A DNA stretch of 32,000 nucleotides from the NCBI RefSeq assembly GCF_020885515.1, contig NZ_AP024987.1, forward strand, positions 1,410,001 through 1,442,000, in the 5' to 3' direction. This document shows positions 30,267 to 32,000 of this stretch, piece after piece. The translations under genes were made by a program, and so were the position numbers. Every line of letters starts with the position of its first letter. Position 1 is the stretch's first letter. The DNA comes from a cyanobacterium endosymbiont of Braarudosphaera bigelowii. Lineage in GTDB: Bacteria > Cyanobacteriota > Cyanobacteriia > Cyanobacteriales > Microcystaceae. The notes beneath the pieces are model-generated. The model had not been told where the DNA came from and made no database searches. It saw only the letters and a program-made list of their open reading frames with translations.

Positions 30267-31386
30267 TCAAGATTGAGTATTAACTGAGTTTACATAATGT
30301 AAATAAGCTTCGATAAATAAACTTAGATCACCATCCATCACATCGTTTATGTTTGTAGTTTCTATATTCGTTCTTAAATCTTTGACCATTTGATATGGAT
30401 GAAATACATAACTACGAATTTGAGTTCCCCAAGCAGCTTCAACGATATCACCTCTGATTTCAGCAATTTTTTGAGCTCTTTGTTCTTGAGCAATAATTAA
30501 CAATTTTGCTTTTAACAAAATAAGAGCTTTTTCTTTATTTTGTAATTGTGAACGTTCTTGCGTACATCGAACTGCAATACCTGTTGGTATATGAACAATA
30601 CGAACAGCCGTCTCTACCTTATTAACATTTTGCCCACCCTTACCGCCAGAACGTGTAGTTGTAATTTCCAAGTCTTTATCAGGAATTTCTATCTTGATAT
30701 CACCATCTTCTAGTTTTGGCATCACTTCGATTCCAGTAAAGCTTGTTTGACGTTTTCCATTAGCATTAAAAGGAGAAATTCTTACTAACCGATGTGTTCC
30801 TTTCTCTCCCTTCAAATACCCAAAAGCGTAACGACCTTCAATTTCTAATGTAGCAGATTTAATACCAGCCTCATCTCCTTCAGAAATTTCAACCAAATTA
30901 ACTTTATAGCCCTGACTTTCTCCCCATCTTCTATACATTCTCAGTAACATTTCTGACCAATCTTGAGCATCTGTTCCACCAACTCCTGTATTGATATTCA
31001 GAATAGCTCCTTTGGTATCATAAGTTCCTGATAAAAGTTGTTGCAAATCCCAACTATCTAAATTTTTCTTTAATTGTGTAAGATTACCCTGTGCTTCTTC
31101 TAGTAAGGCTTCGTCATAATCTAATATTAATAACTCTATAATGAGTTTAGTATCTTCTAACTGGTTGTACCATTGATTATATTGTTCTAATTGCGATTTA
31201 AAACTACTAAGTTTTTGTGAAACTTTTTGAGCTATATCAGGACTATCCCAAAAATCAGGCTGGATTGTGGTGTTTTCCAAATCTTTGATACTAGCCTTTA
31301 GAGCTGGTAGGTCAAAGATATTCCTGGGTTTTTCCCAGGCGTATGCTCAAAATTTCAACGTTTTTCTTCAGTTCTGTAATTTCCAT
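30267..31386 (-). CDS. prfB: Peptide chain release factor 2, with programmed +1 ribosomal frameshift
   Basis: Zero frame: ATG at 31386, '[24 protein letters not shown]' then TGA (31314..31312) in the context CTT-TGA-C. The +1 frame continues '[25 protein letters not shown]...' to 30267. '[15 protein letters not shown]' (SPF) and '[17 protein letters not shown]' (GGQ) identify RF2. Confidence 0.95.
31311..31317 (-). promoter_or_regulatory. prfB +1 frameshift site CTTTGAC
   Basis: Minus strand reads CAGGAATATCTTTGAC: slippery CTT, in-frame TGA stop followed by C, and an AGGA Shine-Dalgarno-like element upstream. Confidence 0.92.
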
Positions 31387-31580
31387 ATATTTAACTTTCA
31401 AAGTTATAATTTATCATATGCATTTTTCTATGTAGTTTATAGATATTAGTATTAAAATATATGTTCAAGTAGATTCCAATACTTAGCAGACATCAATTAT
31501 AAACATTTTAAATAAATTAGTCAAAATTCTTTTATAGTACTTATGATCTAAAGTGTTTATCAGCAGAGATAAATTTTCTT

Positions 31581-31632
31581 GTCAACCTATTCTTAAGTTT
31601 TTATTCACATAAAAACTTAAGAATAGGTTGAC
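31581..31632. repeat. Perfect 24-bp inverted repeat, 4-nt loop
   Basis: GTCAACCTATTCTTAAGTTTTTAT-TCAC-ATAAAAACTTAAGAATAGGTTGAC. Confidence 0.95.
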
Positions 31633-31727
31633 TTATTCATCGTACGTTTTGAAAAAACTTCATATACTAAATTATAGTTTATAAATTATTTATCTACTTA
31701 AGCTAATAATGTAATTTAGAATTTAGC

Positions 31728-31767
31728 AAAACATAAAAACTATTTATTCGCTTAGTTTTTATGTTTT
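31728..31767. terminator. Hairpin, probable terminator just downstream of the symporter gene (minus strand)
   Basis: Perfect 15-bp inverted repeat AAAACATAAAAACTA / TAGTTTTTATGTTTT with a 10-nt loop, 11 nt past the symporter stop codon. Confidence 0.7.
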
Positions 31768-31778
31768 TATATTTTATC

Positions 31779-32000
31779 TTAAACTGTAATTGTTTTTTGC
31801 CAATATTTTTTTAATTCTTTCGCTACTTTATTAGATAAAAGAATACATCCTAAAATGTTAGGTATGGCTAGTGTTAACAGCATCATATCACTAAAATCTA
31901 ATACGGCTCCTAAATTTACTACTGAACCAATGAAGATACAAAACAAGAAAACTATTTTAAAAATAATAGAATTTGATTTGCCAAATATATAGATCCAACA
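31779..32000 (-). CDS. Sodium:alanine/amino-acid symporter (AgcS/AlsT) family, C-terminal part only
   Basis: Open frame from the window edge: '...WIYIFGKSNSIIFKIVFLFCIFIGSVVNLGAVLDFSDMMLLTLAIPNILGCILLSNKVAKELKKYWQKTITV*'; resembles the AgcS family C-terminus. Not in the supplied ORF track because it runs off the window. Confidence 0.75.
   Translation of the reverse strand, partial: CWIYIFGKSNSIIFKIVFLFCIFIGSVVNLGAVLDFSDMMLLTLAIPNILGCILLSNKVAKELKKYWQKTITV

Noticed and set aside
31267-31449. 60-aa plus-strand ORF over the prfB start
   Set aside because: Overlaps the true prfB 5' end and frameshift region on the opposite strand; no family resemblance.
1-32000. CRISPR array, transposon, tRNA or rRNA
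   Set aside because: No regularly spaced repeats, transposase-like ORF, cloverleaf with TTC-arm or rRNA-like sequence was noticed by eye. A tRNAscan-SE/Infernal run would be needed to be certain.

Overview
This is a 32 kb AT-rich cyanobacterial window. It is dense with housekeeping genes, and the content (chlG, ntcA, ycf29-like regulator, DUF3084 protein, cyanobacterial ClpC) suits a reduced-genome relative of Crocosphaera/UCYN-A. That assignment is inferred from protein style, not from a database search. Supported coding genes, in order: amidase, wecB-type epimerase, cysS, ftsY, rpsO, chlG, M50/CBS site-2-protease-like, HpsJ-like, fabI, ntcA, DUF3084, RuvC/YqgF-fold protein, alaS, BlaI-like repressor plus M56 peptidase pair, ligA, HlyD-type adaptor, response regulator, YkvA/DUF1232, adenosine-deaminase-family protein, clpC, thrB, prfB and a partial AgcS/AlsT symporter. 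I found no CRISPR array, mobile element, tRNA or rRNA. Strongest finding: the 'non-coding' gap at ~9276-10197 is a decayed gene for an IsiA/Pcb (CP43-like) chlorophyll-binding antenna protein, readable block by block in three frames with several stops and indels. Second: prfB needs a programmed +1 frameshift at CTTTGAC (start at 31386, not 31280), and a perfect 6-bp hairpin overlaps the Shine-Dalgarno-like element just upstream. Third: a perfect 24-bp inverted repeat with a 4-nt loop lies at 31581-31632 in an intergenic gap. I saw no convincing new multi-gene system.
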